Origin: Heptranchias perlo
Lineage: Eukaryota
Length of the DNA stretch: 64,000 nucleotides
Assembly (NCBI RefSeq): GCF_035084215.1
Contig: NC_090340.1
Coordinates: 2,790,001 to 2,854,000, forward strand
Direction: 5' to 3'
Under the pieces are notes generated by a model. It worked only from the letters and a program-made list of their open reading frames with translations, had not been told where the DNA came from and searched no databases. A program made the position numbers and the translations under genes. Numbering within the stretch: position 1 is the first letter of the stretch; the number at the start of each line of letters is the position of its first letter. Shown piece after piece: positions 62,551 through 64,000 of the stretch.

Positions 62551-63458
62551 GTCTCTAATTCTATGATTCTATTCAATACTGAACTGACCTTGCAACATAA
62601 TTAGGCATACTATTCGCTTTGATCATTGCTGATCCACTCGCATTTTACATCTTAACTACTGAATCTACTGCCACGCCCAGATCTCTTTCTGCATCGTTTA
62701 CTTTTGCTATTTCCAGAACATCGATAGTAATCTTGGACCAACCATTCTCCAACCAAATGTGCAATAAAGTTCATGCCCTGATGACAGACGTTTCATTCTC
62801 GGGGCAAGGTGCCCACGTCCAATAAGCTGGATTGAAGGTGTATGGCACTATCTACTAGTTAATTACATCTCTTTATAATAAACTTTTGATCAATATGGCT
62901 CTATTGGTCAATTTATGCTGCTCCAACAAATCAATAGGTGTCTGAACAGATACCAATGCCACTTCCTATTAAGTAAACATCTGGCAGCTAGCTGGCTTTT
63001 GTGAAAAATGTAGGTCAGATCTGAACCTTTCAAAGAGAACTGTATAGATAAGGTGAATTACCTTATGTGCGTTGCGGTATAATGCCGTGCATGAAGGCAC
63101 AGGCGAAAGCTGAGGGACATGGTTCTAAGTGAATAGCTCTTTCAGAGACGCGCGGATTCGAAAGGCAGTCCTGCTGTGATGGAAAATCTATGAATTGATC
63201 ACTCTAAGCAAGCTGCAGGAAACATGGTTACTCATGACATTTCATCCGACCTACTTCAGTGACCCACATACACTCTTAGACGCACTTCGGAACATAAGTT
63301 TGCAGGAGCAGGAAATATCATTTGAATTCGAAGGCCAGTTCCATCCCTCGTATTTGACACAATCTTCAATGGACCTGTCACTAAAAAAATCTACCCAACA
63401 AACAATTCAAATTTATAACATCTTCCACTACCTCTGTGAGTAAACTGTTTCACATATT

Positions 63459-64000
63459 AGAGCTATACAGCACGGATAGAGGCCCTTCGGCCCATCGTGT
63501 CCGCGCCGGCCATCAAGCCCAGTCTAATCTAATCCCATATTCCAGCATTTGGTCCGTAGCCTTGTATGCTATGGCATTTCAAGTGCTCATCCAAATGCTT
63601 CTTGAATGTTGTGAGGGTTCCTGCCTCCACAACCCTCTCAGGCAGTGAGTTCCAGACTCCAACCACCCTCTGGGTGAAAACGTTCTTTCTCAAATCCCCT
63701 CTAAACCTCCCGCCTTTTACCTTGAATCTATGCCCCCTTGTTATAGAACCCTCAAAGAAGGGAAAAAGCTCCTTAGTATCCATCCTATCTGTGCCCCTCA
63801 TAATTTTGTACACCTCAATCATGTCCCCCTTCAGCCTCCTCTGCTCCAAGGAAAACAAACCCAATCTTCCCAGTCTCTCTTCATAGCTGAAGCGCTCCAG
63901 CCCTGGTAACATCCTGGTGAATCTCCTCTGCACCCTCTCCAAAGCGATCACATCCTTCCTGTAGTGCGGCGACCAGAACTGCACACAGTACTCCAGCTGT
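63459..64000 (-). mobile_element. CR1 3' end, continuing past the window
   Basis: QFWSPHYRKDVIALERVQRRFTRMLPG...VWNSLP in an intact frame. Confidence 0.92.

Overview
This is eukaryotic DNA, most likely from a cartilaginous fish (shark). That call rests on the repeat content: CR1/L2 LINEs and tRNA-headed Deu-domain SINEs of the SacSINE1 type. Most of the window is transposable element. It holds a young-looking CR1 with an esterase ORF1, a TAATG-coupled ORF2 and a tandem-monomer 5' end; many truncated CR1-group LINEs; L2 fragments; SINEs; a Harbinger transposon nested in an L2 tail and itself interrupted by a CR1; and a dispersed family of about 14 palindromic MITE-like elements. The only host gene I can support is a four-exon immunoglobulin-superfamily gene on the + strand (24665-28480, 263 aa). 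It encodes leader, a germline-joined V domain with a J-like GxG motif, a C1-set domain, an Arg-bearing transmembrane helix and a very short tail. This is a non-rearranging antigen-receptor-like or activating-receptor architecture. Repeat boundaries were read by eye and are approximate unless a junction is quoted; family names are from recall, not database searches.
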